35,965 bases of DNA from assembly GCA_965648915.1 (NCBI GenBank), contig CBFGIV010000022.1, positions 1 to 35,965 of the forward strand, written 5' to 3'. A model generated the notes under the pieces. It ran no database searches and was not told where the DNA came from. It was given only the letters and a program-made list of their open reading frames with translations. Positions 1-9,373 of this stretch are shown piece after piece. The first letter of the stretch is position 1. The number at the start of each line of letters is the position of its first letter. The DNA is from a candidate division WOR-3 bacterium (GTDB lineage Bacteria > Hydrothermota > Tepidihabitantia > SM23-42 > CAYGYG01). A program made the translations under genes and the position numbers.

Positions 1-127
1 TGTGCCTTTACGGATTCAGAGAGTTGTGAGCGGATTGTTCTTGCTCTTTTTAACAAATATAATAACAGATGGAAGGATCGCCCTTTAAAAGCAATAAAAG
101 AATTTACACAAAAATATTGACGCTACC
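1..127 (+). mobile_element. Right end of an IS256-family insertion sequence (transposase C-terminus plus terminal inverted repeat)
   Basis: Frame 1 reads CAFTDSESCERIVLALFNKYNNRWKDRPLKAIKEFTQKY* (stop 118-120), resembling IS256 transposase C-termini. The end sequence TTTACACAAAAATATTGACGCTACC matches the typical IS256 TIR pattern, with the stop codon inside the TIR. The exact end (127 or 128) is uncertain. Confidence 0.75.
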
Positions 128-142
128 CTTTCAATTTTGGTG

Positions 143-169
143 TTGAAAAATCGAAATTTTGAGTATAAT
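143..169 (+). promoter_or_regulatory. Putative sigma70 promoter for the DarA-like operon
   Basis: TTGAAA (143-148), 15 nt, TATAAT (164-169); GGAGG SD at 180-184. Confidence 0.45.
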
Positions 170-189
170 CTATTCTGACGGAGGTATTG

Positions 190-513
190 ATGACTAAATT
201 AGTCTTTTTTGTTGTGCACGGTGACGATGCCCGGAAGGTTGTTTCGGCATTGACCTCGGCTGGCTTCAGTAATACTTATGTCTATTCGACCGGTGGCTTT
301 GCTGCCCGGGAGAATGTTACGATTTTGTGTGCTACTGATGGTTCAAAACTGGATCGACTTTTTAAGGTGGTGCGGCAGAATATAAAACCGCACCGTGAAT
401 TACCGATTAAAGAGATTGATGGCGGTCGCATCACCACCGGCGCCGTCGCCTTTGTTTTGCCCTTAGAGCATTATGAACGGCTCAATGCCGAAGAGAGCAA
501 ACCCCAGTCTTAA
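190..513 (+). CDS. PII-like cyclic-di-AMP receptor family protein (DarA/PstA-like)
   Basis: Motifs MTKLVFFVVHGDDA, STGGF, NVT and TGAVAFVLPLEHY parallel B. subtilis DarA (MKLIVAVVQDQD, TTGGFL, GNTT, GGATVFVLPVDEF). ATG at 190 follows GGAGG. Confidence 0.75.
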   Translation: MTKLVFFVVHGDDARKVVSALTSAGFSNTYVYSTGGFAARENVTILCATDGSKLDRLFKVVRQNIKPHRELPIKEIDGGRITTGAVAFVLPLEHYERLNAEESKPQS

Positions 514-538
514 TAGAAGTATTTAACATCCCAGGCAG

Positions 539-3500
539 ATGATAATTGATCGTCAGAAAGCAAAAGAACCGGAGTCGCACACCGAGCGGGCCCGAATCTT
601 TAAGTCCTGGTTTGTTCAGGTCGGCTCATCGCAGTTGATCGATGACCTTACCCATCTCTTCAACCGTCGCTATCTTTTTCACCGCCTGATTCAGGAGATC
701 GAGCGGGCGCGCCGGTTAAAGACTTCCCTAACAGTGGTTCTGCTCGATGTCGACAATTTTAAGGAGATCAATCAGTCTTACGGTTTTTACCAGGGTGATC
801 AGATCCTGGGAACAATTGCCCGCCTGTTAGGGGACAATTCCCGGAAATCTGATATTGTCGGTCGATACGGAGCCGATACCTTTGCCCTGATCCTGCCCGA
901 TACAGATCTCGATGGCGCAAAGGTTGTGGTCAGACGATTACAGGAGAAAGTCAGGAAATATAAGTTTAAGACGGTCCTGCCTGAGAAGGTCCACCTTACT
1001 CATAATTCTGATCGTGAAGGTCTTTCTGATCTGACGGTTTCGGCCGGGATCAAAGTTTATGGTGATGAGGATAGTGCCAGCAATCTTTTTCAGCAATGCC
1101 GGGAAGGGTTGAGATCGGCTAAGAAGAAAGGGTTGAAGGGCGCGATCGAATGTATCACTAAAGACCAGTATCAGGCCCGGGTTTTGAACTTTGATCTATT
1201 TGTTGGTCGGACCCAGTATATGAATCGTCTGGAGACGATCTTGAATGAAGCCCTCAATCGTAAAGGTGGAGTGATCTTTATTACCGGTGAGACCGGTATC
1301 GGTAAGACGAAAATTATGCTGGAGTTAGCCGGGCGGGCAAGGTCGCTGGGATTTACTATTCTCTATGGCAAGGCGCAATCGGTCAGTTCTTATATCCCTT
1401 ATCAGCCTTTCATCAACGCGATAAGATTCTACCTTCAGGAACAACAACTAAGCAATGGGGAGAGGATCAGTCAGATCTTCGGGGCCTATGCCCCACAACT
1501 TGCCCAGTTTGTCCCTGAGGTGGCACGCTTTGTGCCCGCCGAATATAAAGCGATCTTGCCCGAGCATGAAAAGCAGCGCCTCTTTGAAGGGATTGCCCGG
1601 TTTTTTATCAGCCTGACCCAGAGCGATCCACTACTTTTGCTCCTTGATGACCTCCAGTGGGCAGGTGAGAGCGATATGAGTTTAATCCATTTTCTTGCCC
1701 GTGCTATTTCCCAGGAGCGGATTTTAATCACCGGCGCAATCCGGATGGATGAGGCGAGATTCTTAAGTATGCAATTCAAGGAAAAGTTTAACGAAATTGT
1801 GAAGGAAGGAGTGGGGCAGGAGATGGCGCTTGAGGTTTTAAGTAGAGAGGAGAGCGATCAGTTAATCGCAGGCCTCTTAAATAATTTCAGGTTACCAATC
1901 GGGTTCAGCGATCTGGTCTACAGCCTATCCCGGGGTAATCCCCTCCATATTATTGAACTGATAAAATATCTGATCGATCAGGATCTCCTCTCTCTTGTGG
2001 ATCAGGAGTGGGTTATCAAAGATGGTGACTATTTAGATTCGGTCAAGAATCTCGGTTCGATTGTTGAAAAAAGGATCAGCCGGCTTGATGGGCTCACCGA
2101 CAATGCCCTTTCCTGTGCCTCGGTCCTGGGCGAGTCCTTCAATTTTGAGGTGGTCCAGCGGGTGACGGGATTGAATGAAGGCCATCTGGTCGAGATCCTC
2201 GATCGGGCAATCGAAGATCGATTGATTGTGGAACTACCCGGATCGGTCTTTTCCAATTTTATCTTCACCCACAGTTTTATTCAGAATAAATTTTACGAAC
2301 GCCTGGGTGAGGCGCGCCTGCGCCATTATCACCGACAGATTGCCTATGCCCTGGAGAAGGTCTACAGCGGCCATCTGGATGAGATCTATGGTGAACTGAG
2401 CTGGCATTATGCGGAGAGTGGTGATACGGTCAAAGCCTTAGAATACAGTATCAAGGCGGCACAGAGTATGCAGGGGGTCTTTGCCTCTCCTGAGGCAATA
2501 GGTTACTACCGGATGGCGGCAAGGATTTGCGATAAATATGGTGTAGGAACGGATGCAGAGAAGATTGCAATATATGAAGGGATGGGCGATGTCTATATGA
2601 TCGTTGGCGATTTAACCCAGGCGATCGATAATTATAATCTCCTGGTCTCGGGACAGGTCGTTGATCTCCCTTTCCCGGTCAAAGCCCGGCTCTGGCTTAA
2701 AATTGGTCGGGTGCATCAGAAGCAGGGACAGTACAGTGAAGCACTGACCTGCTATAACCTGTCTCATACTTTTATCAATGAAGAGCACGATCTCGATCTC
2801 TATTATCAGATTAAAGTTGCCACTGCCGGTGTCCTTTATCAGAAGGGGCAGTTTAATGATGCCCTGTCTGAACTTAAGCCAGTTATGGAATTGGGGGGGA
2901 ATGATAAAGAATATATTGCTGAGGCCTACACTGTCGCCGGGGCAGTTCAAACTCGACTGTCCAACTTTGATCAGGCGATAGAATATTATAATAAGGCGAT
3001 GCGGGTCTGGGAGAGACTTGGTATACTCTTCGGTATTGCCCGGACCAATAATAATATTGGCACGGTCTGGTTTATGCAGGGTGATATGGAGAAGGCATTA
3101 AAATACTTCGAATTGAGCCTCGACTTTTATGAGCGGATCGGTGATATCCTTGATAAAGGGACATTGCTCAATAACCTTGGTTCGATCTGCTTCAACCTTG
3201 CTCAGTGGGCAAAGGCCTTTGACCATTTTACTGCGGCACTCAGGATTATGGACCGGATTGGGAATCGTCACGCAATGAGTAATATCCTGATCAACCTGAG
3301 CAGTGTCCTGATAAAGCAGGGTAGTCTTGAGAGAGCAAGAGAGTTTCTCGAAAGAGGGATGAAACTGGCTGAAGAGATTGGTGATTTCTATGTGCTCGGG
3401 ATTGGTTATATAAATCTCAGTCAGATTTTATTTGAGCAGAATAATTTAAGCCTTACCCTTGAGTACTTAAATCGGGTAGAATCAATTACCAGAAAGGTGG

Positions 3501-3907
3501 AACTATTCGATCTCTATTGTTATGAGCGATTGGAACGGGCCCGCATCTATCTTGCCCGAGGAGAGATTGCGGAAACCGGCAAGTTGGTCAGTGATCTTTT
3601 GAACGAAAAGGATCGACCCGTGAATAAGAGACTCTTTGCTGAACTACTCCTGGTTCAGGGGCAGATCCATTTAAAGGCGGGAGAGGTCGAAAAGGCGGGT
3701 GAAGTGGCAATGGCGGTAATTGACCTGACCAAAAAGATTAATGACCGCTACCTTTATGCCCGGGCACTCCATCTTCAGGGTTTAGGTCCGGGCCGGGAAG
3801 AGGAGCGAATAAGGATTTTAAGTGAGGCCCGGAAGATTTTCAAAGAACTGGGTGCGGTCCTGGATTTGAAACGGATTGAAGAAGATTTGAAGAGTAAAAA
3901 AGACTGA
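539..3907 (+). CDS. Degenerate GGDEF domain + STAND/AAA ATPase + TPR repeat protein
   Basis: N-terminal DDLTHLFNRR, DVDNFK and RKSDIVGRYGADTF; Walker A GETGIGKT; Walker B LLLLLDDLQWA; RGNPL motif; multiple C-terminal TPR repeats. Confidence 0.85.
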   Translation: MIIDRQKAKEPESHTERARIFKSWFVQVGSSQLIDDLTHLFNRRYLFHRLIQEIERARRLKTSLTVVLLDVDNFKEINQSYGFYQGDQILGTIARLLGDNSRKSDIVGRYGADTFALILPDTDLDGAKVVVRRLQEKVRKYKFKTVLPEKVHLTHNSDREGLSDLTVSAGIKVYGDEDSASNLFQQCREGLRSAKKKGLKGAIECITKDQYQARVLNFDLFVGRTQYMNRLETILNEALNRKGGVIFITGETGIGKTKIMLELAGRARSLGFTILYGKAQSVSSYIPYQPFINAIRFYLQEQQLSNGERISQIFGAYAPQLAQFVPEVARFVPAEYKAILPEHEKQRLFEGIARFFISLTQSDPLLLLLDDLQWAGESDMSLIHFLARAISQERILITGAIRMDEARFLSMQFKEKFNEIVKEGVGQEMALEVLSREESDQLIAGLLNNFRLPIGFSDLVYSLSRGNPLHIIELIKYLIDQDLLSLVDQEWVIKDGDYLDSVKNLGSIVEKRISRLDGLTDNALSCASVLGESFNFEVVQRVTGLNEGHLVEILDRAIEDRLIVELPGSVFSNFIFTHSFIQNKFYERLGEARLRHYHRQIAYALEKVYSGHLDEIYGELSWHYAESGDTVKALEYSIKAAQSMQGVFASPEAIGYYRMAARICDKYGVGTDAEKIAIYEGMGDVYMIVGDLTQAIDNYNLLVSGQVVDLPFPVKARLWLKIGRVHQKQGQYSEALTCYNLSHTFINEEHDLDLYYQIKVATAGVLYQKGQFNDALSELKPVMELGGNDKEYIAEAYTVAGAVQTRLSNFDQAIEYYNKAMRVWERLGILFGIARTNNNIGTVWFMQGDMEKALKYFELSLDFYERIGDILDKGTLLNNLGSICFNLAQWAKAFDHFTAALRIMDRIGNRHAMSNILINLSSVLIKQGSLERAREFLERGMKLAEEIGDFYVLGIGYINLSQILFEQNNLSLTLEYLNRVESITRKVELFDLYCYERLERARIYLARGEIAETGKLVSDLLNEKDRPVNKRLFAELLLVQGQIHLKAGEVEKAGEVAMAVIDLTKKINDRYLYARALHLQGLGPGREEERIRILSEARKIFKELGAVLDLKRIEEDLKSKKD

Positions 3908-4914
3908 TGCGGATCTTAATTATTGGCGGGACAAGATTTGTTGGTTATCATATAACCAGACGACTCCTTGATGAGGGCCATTCGATTTCAGTATTTAATC
4001 GAGGTAAGACCCCGGACGATTTTGGCCCGAAACTCGAAAGATTCCGCGGTGACCGCCGGGATCAGAAAGGGTTTTATCAGTTTTTTTACAAAAGATATTT
4101 TGATGCCGTTATCGATGTTATCGGATATAAAAAGGAAGATATTGAGACTGCAATCAATACTTTTAGTGGTAATGTTGGACACTATTTATTTATCAGTACC
4201 GGACAGGTCTATCTGGTTACCGAGAATCGACGAACACCTTATCGGGAAGAAGATTTTGACTATCCCCTGATCCCCTGTCCGGCCGGGAGTGAAGAGGCAT
4301 GGTTTTACGGGGTGGAGAAACGGCAGTGCGAATCTAAACTGATGTCGGCCCACCAGCAGAAGGGGTTTCCCGTCACAATATTGAGATTACCGATTGTCAA
4401 CGGTGAAAGGGATTATACCTTAAGACTCTATTCATATCTTTTGAGAATCGCTGACGGTGGACCGATTATTCTTCCGGATGGGGGAGAGACGATTATCCGC
4501 CATCTTTATGTGGGTGATCTGGCGGGATTGATCAGCCAGATTATCGGACAGGCTGAGACCCGGGGTCAGGTTTATAATCTTGCCCAGAAAGAGGTCCTGT
4601 CCCTTTCTGACTTTTTGAGGCTCTGCGGACAACTTATGAAACGTGAACCCAGGTTTGTTCCGGTGAGTTCAATTGAACTTCTTAATAACGGGCTCGACCC
4701 GAACTGTTCACCGTTCTCCGGTCAATGGGTTTCATATCTTGATATCACGAAGGCAGAGGAGGAACTCAATTTTCGTTCCACGCCCCTGCACCAGTGGCTT
4801 AAAAAGACGATCGATTGGTTCCTCAATAAATATCAGGGGGAGAAACCGGCCAATTATCAATTGCGGGATCGGGAGATTGACTTTACCCGGCGTTTTTTAA
4901 AGGAAATGGTTTAG
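3907..4914 (+). CDS. NAD-dependent epimerase/dehydratase family (atypical SDR)
   Basis: GGTRFVG Rossmann motif, YGVEK (YxxxK). Coupled to the upstream gene by TGATG. Confidence 0.85.
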   Translation: MRILIIGGTRFVGYHITRRLLDEGHSISVFNRGKTPDDFGPKLERFRGDRRDQKGFYQFFYKRYFDAVIDVIGYKKEDIETAINTFSGNVGHYLFISTGQVYLVTENRRTPYREEDFDYPLIPCPAGSEEAWFYGVEKRQCESKLMSAHQQKGFPVTILRLPIVNGERDYTLRLYSYLLRIADGGPIILPDGGETIIRHLYVGDLAGLISQIIGQAETRGQVYNLAQKEVLSLSDFLRLCGQLMKREPRFVPVSSIELLNNGLDPNCSPFSGQWVSYLDITKAEEELNFRSTPLHQWLKKTIDWFLNKYQGEKPANYQLRDREIDFTRRFLKEMV

Positions 4915-4951
4915 TCCCTGATCGTTTTTAACGGATTAGAAGTTTAATTTG

Positions 4952-7366
4952 ATGACCGCAAGATATATTCTCTTTAAACTGGACCCCGAAGGTAGGATTG
5001 AGATTGCGGGCGCTGACCTACAGGATTTCTTAGGAAAAAAGATTGAAGATATCAGCGACTGGCGTAAGATGGTCAATCCTGAAGACCTCGAAAGGGTTGT
5101 CAATGCCCACCGTCGACTTGCCCGGGGTGAGACACTGGATATAGATTTCCGGATCAGATCAGTCAGGGGTGAAGAGTTCTGGATCCGGGAAAGGGCATGG
5201 GTCGACTTGGATGATGGACGACGCTATTATCACGGTCTGATTGAAGATATTACCGAGATAAAGAAAGCGATGATCAAGAAGACCGAGCAGGAAGAACGGA
5301 TGCGAGACCTGAATCTCCTCTTCCTTGACATTAACCGTTCGCTTAAATTAGAAGCGATTATCCGACAGGTCATCGATCTATGTACTGATAAGTTAAAATA
5401 TTCTTACACAACGGTCGCGGTGGTTGACCGTCCGGAGGGGCGAGTCCTGATCGCCCATAAAAAGTTGATGGAAAGTTCTCTTTCGGTTTATAAAACCAGC
5501 CGCTCTTATTCTATTTCCGAACTGGATCCAGTAAAGAATCTCATCCGGAAGGCGATCGAGGAGCCGAAGATTTATCGGACCCGGGATCTTTATGATCTCA
5601 TCGCCCCGATCTTCAGCCGGCAAAAAGCCCGATCGATTATGAAACGGTATCGGCTGAAAGATTTCGTTGTTGTTCCGGTCGTGGTCAGGGGCCAGGTGGT
5701 TGCCACATTGAATCTCGGGAGAGAAGAGATGATCGACGATTTTGAACTGGAATTTCTCACCAGTCTCGCTCGCCAGATCGGAATGGCAATCCACACCGCC
5801 AATCTTTTAATCTCCACCCGTATTATGACCGGCGAATGGCAGTCAGCCATTATGCCCCTCGAAGAACCCCTGGCCATAATCGACCCGGGAGGCAGGGTTG
5901 TAATGGCCAATCAGGCTTATGAAAGGCTGGTAGGTAGTAATGGCCTGATCGGCCGTCAGTGCGGTTCATTCTTTAATTGCCCGGATAATAATCACTGCCA
6001 ATTGAAATATGTCTTCCGATCGAGGACCAGGTTGACCAGTGACTTGCCGCAGATTGGGGATCGATTGCTTACCTGTGTACTCTATCCGCTGAAGGGCGGT
6101 AAGGGTGATAATCTGGTCATCCAGCATATCCAGCCCCGATCACCGGTGGTACGAGACAAGGAATATTTTGAAAAGAAGTGCAACGAACTGTTGGCGTTGA
6201 ACCGGATATGTAAAACAGGCGCCCATTTTTTAGAGATTGGAGATGTGTTAAAATCGACCCTGAGCGAGCTTCTGGAGATTATCGGGGTTCGGTCCGGTGC
6301 AGTCTTTCTCTATAAAGAGGGAAGGTTTGAGTTGCAATATGAGCAGGGTCTGTCCGAGCCGATCCGGACCCAATTGGTCTCTTTTGAAAAAAATGCTTTT
6401 GGTGAAATATTCAGCCAGTTTATTGAAGAAGGTGAGATTCAGGTCTTTGATCGATCTCAGCATCCGCAGTGGTTTGAACCGGTCTTTGCTTCCCAGCCGG
6501 ATTTGAATCACATCCTTTTCCTCCCCCTTGTCGGCCGGAGCGGATTGGTCGGCCTGATTATGATACTTGCCCATTTTGATAAAACCGTCATTAAGGATAA
6601 GGAGATCTTACTGGCTGCGGCAAGCACCGAGATTGCCCTCGCCGTTGAGAATTCACTGCTCCATCTCAATACGCTCAGGAAGAATGAAGAACTGAAGAGG
6701 TTGACATTTAAACTGCTTCAGACCGAAGAGGAGACCAGGAAGAAGATGGCCTGTGAGATCCATGATCAGATTGGTTCGGTTCTGGCCAGTGCCCGCATTA
6801 TGCTCGATCTCCTCGACCATAAAATCCAGAAAAAGGACTCGTCTTTAATGAAACTGATGGAAGATATTGGCCGGTATATCGATGAATCGATCAAGTTGAG
6901 TCGTGATTTTATTTTCCACATCTATCCGGCCGCGCTCGAGGAGATCGGGTTGGAGGCTTTTCTCCGTTCATATCTGGTCAGATTTAGTAAACAACAGGGG
7001 ATTGAGATCAAACTCCGGATCAGTATCCCGCGACGACTGCCACGCACGGTCGAGCAACTTATCTTCCGGTTGGTTCAGGAAGGTCTGAACAATATTGCCA
7101 AGCACAGTTCGGCTCGAAGCGGTGAAGTTATGATTGAGGTGGGATCTGTCTGTATCGATCTCCGAATCAGCGACAATGGTAAAGGCTTTGATATTGATAA
7201 AGTTTTTAAAGGAAAAAACCAGCAAGGTTTTGGCTTAACCATTATGCGTGAGCGGGTTGAGGCGATCGGCGGGACGATGAGGATTGAGAGCAGATTGGAT
7301 AAAGGAACGATCATTGAGATCTCAATACCATTTAAATATCCTAAATTGCGGGGGAAAGAACTATGA
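4952..7366 (+). CDS. Cytoplasmic PAS-GAF-PAS-GAF sensor histidine kinase (HisKA_3/NarX-type)
   Basis: PAS (VNPEDLERV...FRIR...WIRER), GAF regions, H-box EIHDQIG, N-box QEGLNNIAKHS, G boxes DNGKGF and GFGL. No obvious transmembrane segment. Confidence 0.9.
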   Translation: MTARYILFKLDPEGRIEIAGADLQDFLGKKIEDISDWRKMVNPEDLERVVNAHRRLARGETLDIDFRIRSVRGEEFWIRERAWVDLDDGRRYYHGLIEDITEIKKAMIKKTEQEERMRDLNLLFLDINRSLKLEAIIRQVIDLCTDKLKYSYTTVAVVDRPEGRVLIAHKKLMESSLSVYKTSRSYSISELDPVKNLIRKAIEEPKIYRTRDLYDLIAPIFSRQKARSIMKRYRLKDFVVVPVVVRGQVVATLNLGREEMIDDFELEFLTSLARQIGMAIHTANLLISTRIMTGEWQSAIMPLEEPLAIIDPGGRVVMANQAYERLVGSNGLIGRQCGSFFNCPDNNHCQLKYVFRSRTRLTSDLPQIGDRLLTCVLYPLKGGKGDNLVIQHIQPRSPVVRDKEYFEKKCNELLALNRICKTGAHFLEIGDVLKSTLSELLEIIGVRSGAVFLYKEGRFELQYEQGLSEPIRTQLVSFEKNAFGEIFSQFIEEGEIQVFDRSQHPQWFEPVFASQPDLNHILFLPLVGRSGLVGLIMILAHFDKTVIKDKEILLAAASTEIALAVENSLLHLNTLRKNEELKRLTFKLLQTEEETRKKMACEIHDQIGSVLASARIMLDLLDHKIQKKDSSLMKLMEDIGRYIDESIKLSRDFIFHIYPAALEEIGLEAFLRSYLVRFSKQQGIEIKLRISIPRRLPRTVEQLIFRLVQEGLNNIAKHSSARSGEVMIEVGSVCIDLRISDNGKGFDIDKVFKGKNQQGFGLTIMRERVEAIGGTMRIESRLDKGTIIEISIPFKYPKLRGKEL

Positions 7367-8004
7367 CCCGGATAATGCTTGTCGATGACCATAAGATTCT
7401 GCGCGAAGGGCTCAAGGCTCTTCTCAAGAGTGTCCCGGACCTGAAGGTGGTAACTGAGGCTGAAGATGGCCGGGAAGCAATCACCAAGGCTAAACGCTAT
7501 CGACCGGATGTCATTGTTATGGATATAACGATGCCGGGAATGGGTGGTCTGGAGGCGACAAGAAAGATCACAACCCTCTTACCCCAGACCAGAGTAATTG
7601 TCCTTTCGATGCATAGTTCTGAGGAATTGGTCAGGGAAGCGATTACCTCCGGAGCGGTCGGTTATTTAAGAAAAGAGAGCGCGGGTCAGGAACTGGTAAA
7701 GGCGATCCATAGTGTGCTCAAGGGTGAGACATACCTTGATGAAAAGCTTCATAAAGGTTGGCTAGATGAACTCAAGAATAAGAGAGAGAGCAATAATGCT
7801 GACTGCCGGCTGACACCGAGGGAGCGTGAGATTCTGCAATTGATTGCCGAGGGTAAGAAGAACAAGGTAATCGCTAACATCTTAAATCTGAGTGTCAAAA
7901 CCGTTGAGACCCACCGTTTTCATATTATGCAGAAATTTGGCTTCAGGAATGTTGTGGAACTTACCCGGTTCGCAATCCGTTCGGGCCTGGCATCACTCGA
8001 TTAG
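7363..8004 (+). CDS. NarL/LuxR-family response regulator
   Basis: Receiver domain (VDDH, MDITMP) plus LuxR HTH (LTPREREILQLIAEG...LSVKTVETHR). ATGA overlap with the kinase. Confidence 0.95.
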   Translation: MTRIMLVDDHKILREGLKALLKSVPDLKVVTEAEDGREAITKAKRYRPDVIVMDITMPGMGGLEATRKITTLLPQTRVIVLSMHSSEELVREAITSGAVGYLRKESAGQELVKAIHSVLKGETYLDEKLHKGWLDELKNKRESNNADCRLTPREREILQLIAEGKKNKVIANILNLSVKTVETHRFHIMQKFGFRNVVELTRFAIRSGLASLD

Positions 8005-8021
8005 AAGATTTTAAAAAACGG

Positions 8022-8067
8022 TATAAGTAGTTTACCTTATAGACATCTGGGCAGAAATTATTATAAT
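8022..8067 (+). promoter_or_regulatory. Palindromic operator overlapping the -35 of a sigma70-type promoter
   Basis: TATAAG-N8-CTTATA (8022-8041); TAGACA (8040-8045), 16 nt, TATAAT (8062-8067). Confidence 0.5.
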
Positions 8068-8073
8068 TATACT

Positions 8074-8165
8074 ACTAATTTCAAATTCAACCTCATCAGC
8101 AATGTTAAACCAGGGAGGTTGATAAGTGGTGGGGGTACTTAGTGCAGTGCCCCCACCGATTTTAT
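8074..8165 (+). ncRNA. Candidate small RNA or structured leader (~90 nt)
   Basis: Lies between a promoter and a terminator hairpin. Internal stem TCAACCTC (8087-8094) / GAGGTTGA (8115-8122). Ends are estimated. Confidence 0.35.
8128..8165 (+). terminator. Probable intrinsic terminator
   Basis: 12-bp stem GGTGGGGGTACT (8128-8139) / AGTGCCCCCACC (8146-8157) with one G-U pair and a 6-nt loop, followed by GATTTTAT. Confidence 0.6.
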
Positions 8166-8191
8166 CTGTATTATCGATATGGATAGGTCAG

Positions 8192-9361
8192 ATGAAAGTC
8201 CCTTTTTTCGATCTTAAGCGTCAGTTGAAATTAATCGGCCCGGAATTAAAGGGTGCGGTAGAAAAGGTTATTGAGAGTGCGGCCTTTTCCTCAGGTATCT
8301 TTGTTGCGGAATTTGAAGAGCGTTTTGCCCGTTTAATTGGTTGTAAACACAGCGTCGGCTTAAATTCCGGGACCTCGGCTTTACATACGGCCCTCCTTGC
8401 CACAGGGGTTGGACCGGGTGACGAGGTTATTACATCGCCTTTTACTTTTATTGCTACGGTCGAGGCGATTTCATATGCTGGCGCCTATCCCTGTTTTGTT
8501 GATATCGAAGAGGATTATTATACCATTGACCCGGCTGGTCTTAAAGAATTCATCCTGAGGAAGACGGTTTATGATCGCAATAAGAAGAACCTGTTGAATC
8601 GCTTGACGCGAAGGCCGATCCGGGCGATAATTCCGGTCCACCTCTACGGCCAGAGTGCTGACCTCGACCCGATTATCGCAACGGCCCGGGAGTATAACCT
8701 CAGGGTGATTGAAGACTGCGCCCAGTCCCACCTTGCCACTTATAATGGCAAAAAGACCGGGACCTTTGGCGATGTCGGCTGTTTCAGTTTCTATCCCTCC
8801 AAGAATCTCGGTGCCTGCGGCGAGGCCGGGGCAATTGTGACGGATGATCCCCTGCTTGCGCTCAAGGTGAGGATGATGCGGGATCATGGTCAGCGTAAGA
8901 AATATCTTCATGAGATGATCGGTTTCAATTATCGGATGGAAGGTCTCCAGGGAGCGATGCTGGGTGTAAAACTTAATTACCTCAAGGCGTGGAATGAAAG
9001 AAGGCAGAAGATTGCCCGCCTCTACAACGAACTTCTATCTGATGTCGATGGGGTTGTTATTCCCAGGGTGAGGGTAAAGAGTGAACATATCTACCATCTC
9101 TATGTGGTGAAGGTTAAGAAAAGGGAAGAGGCGATTAAGTATCTTGAGCAGCGTGGTGTCGGGACGGCAATCCATTATCCTTTCCCGATCCACCTTACCC
9201 CGGCATATAATCACCTCGGTTATAAAGCAGGCGATTTTCCGGTGAGCGAAGCCTCAGCCCGGGAGGTCCTTTCCCTGCCGATGTTTCCGGAATTAAAGGA
9301 GGAAGAGGTCAAATATGTTGCCGGGTGCCTGAAGGCTTTTCTTAAGAGCAGTAAAAAATAA
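8192..9361 (+). CDS. DegT/DnrJ/EryC1/StrS family PLP-dependent sugar aminotransferase
   Basis: MKVPFFDL start, NSGTSAL, IIPVHLYGQ, EDCAQSH, FSFYPSKNLG (PLP lysine). Start moved from GTG 8126 to ATG 8192. Confidence 0.93.
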   Translation: MKVPFFDLKRQLKLIGPELKGAVEKVIESAAFSSGIFVAEFEERFARLIGCKHSVGLNSGTSALHTALLATGVGPGDEVITSPFTFIATVEAISYAGAYPCFVDIEEDYYTIDPAGLKEFILRKTVYDRNKKNLLNRLTRRPIRAIIPVHLYGQSADLDPIIATAREYNLRVIEDCAQSHLATYNGKKTGTFGDVGCFSFYPSKNLGACGEAGAIVTDDPLLALKVRMMRDHGQRKKYLHEMIGFNYRMEGLQGAMLGVKLNYLKAWNERRQKIARLYNELLSDVDGVVIPRVRVKSEHIYHLYVVKVKKREEAIKYLEQRGVGTAIHYPFPIHLTPAYNHLGYKAGDFPVSEASAREVLSLPMFPELKEEEVKYVAGCLKAFLKSSKK

Positions 9362-9373
9362 GAGACTGGAGAG

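Noticed and set aside
117..145. IS256 outward -35 (TTGACG) forming a hybrid promoter
   Set aside because: No -10-like hexamer 16-18 nt downstream.
539..3907. Avs-type antiphage STAND defence system
   Set aside because: No nuclease, TIR, SIR2 or protease effector is visible. The DDLQWA-type ATPase and GGDEF fusion fit signalling STANDs better. Not strictly excluded.
8126..8191. ORF-track N-terminal extension of the aminotransferase
   Set aside because: It runs through the terminator hairpin, and family similarity begins at MKVPFFDL (8192).
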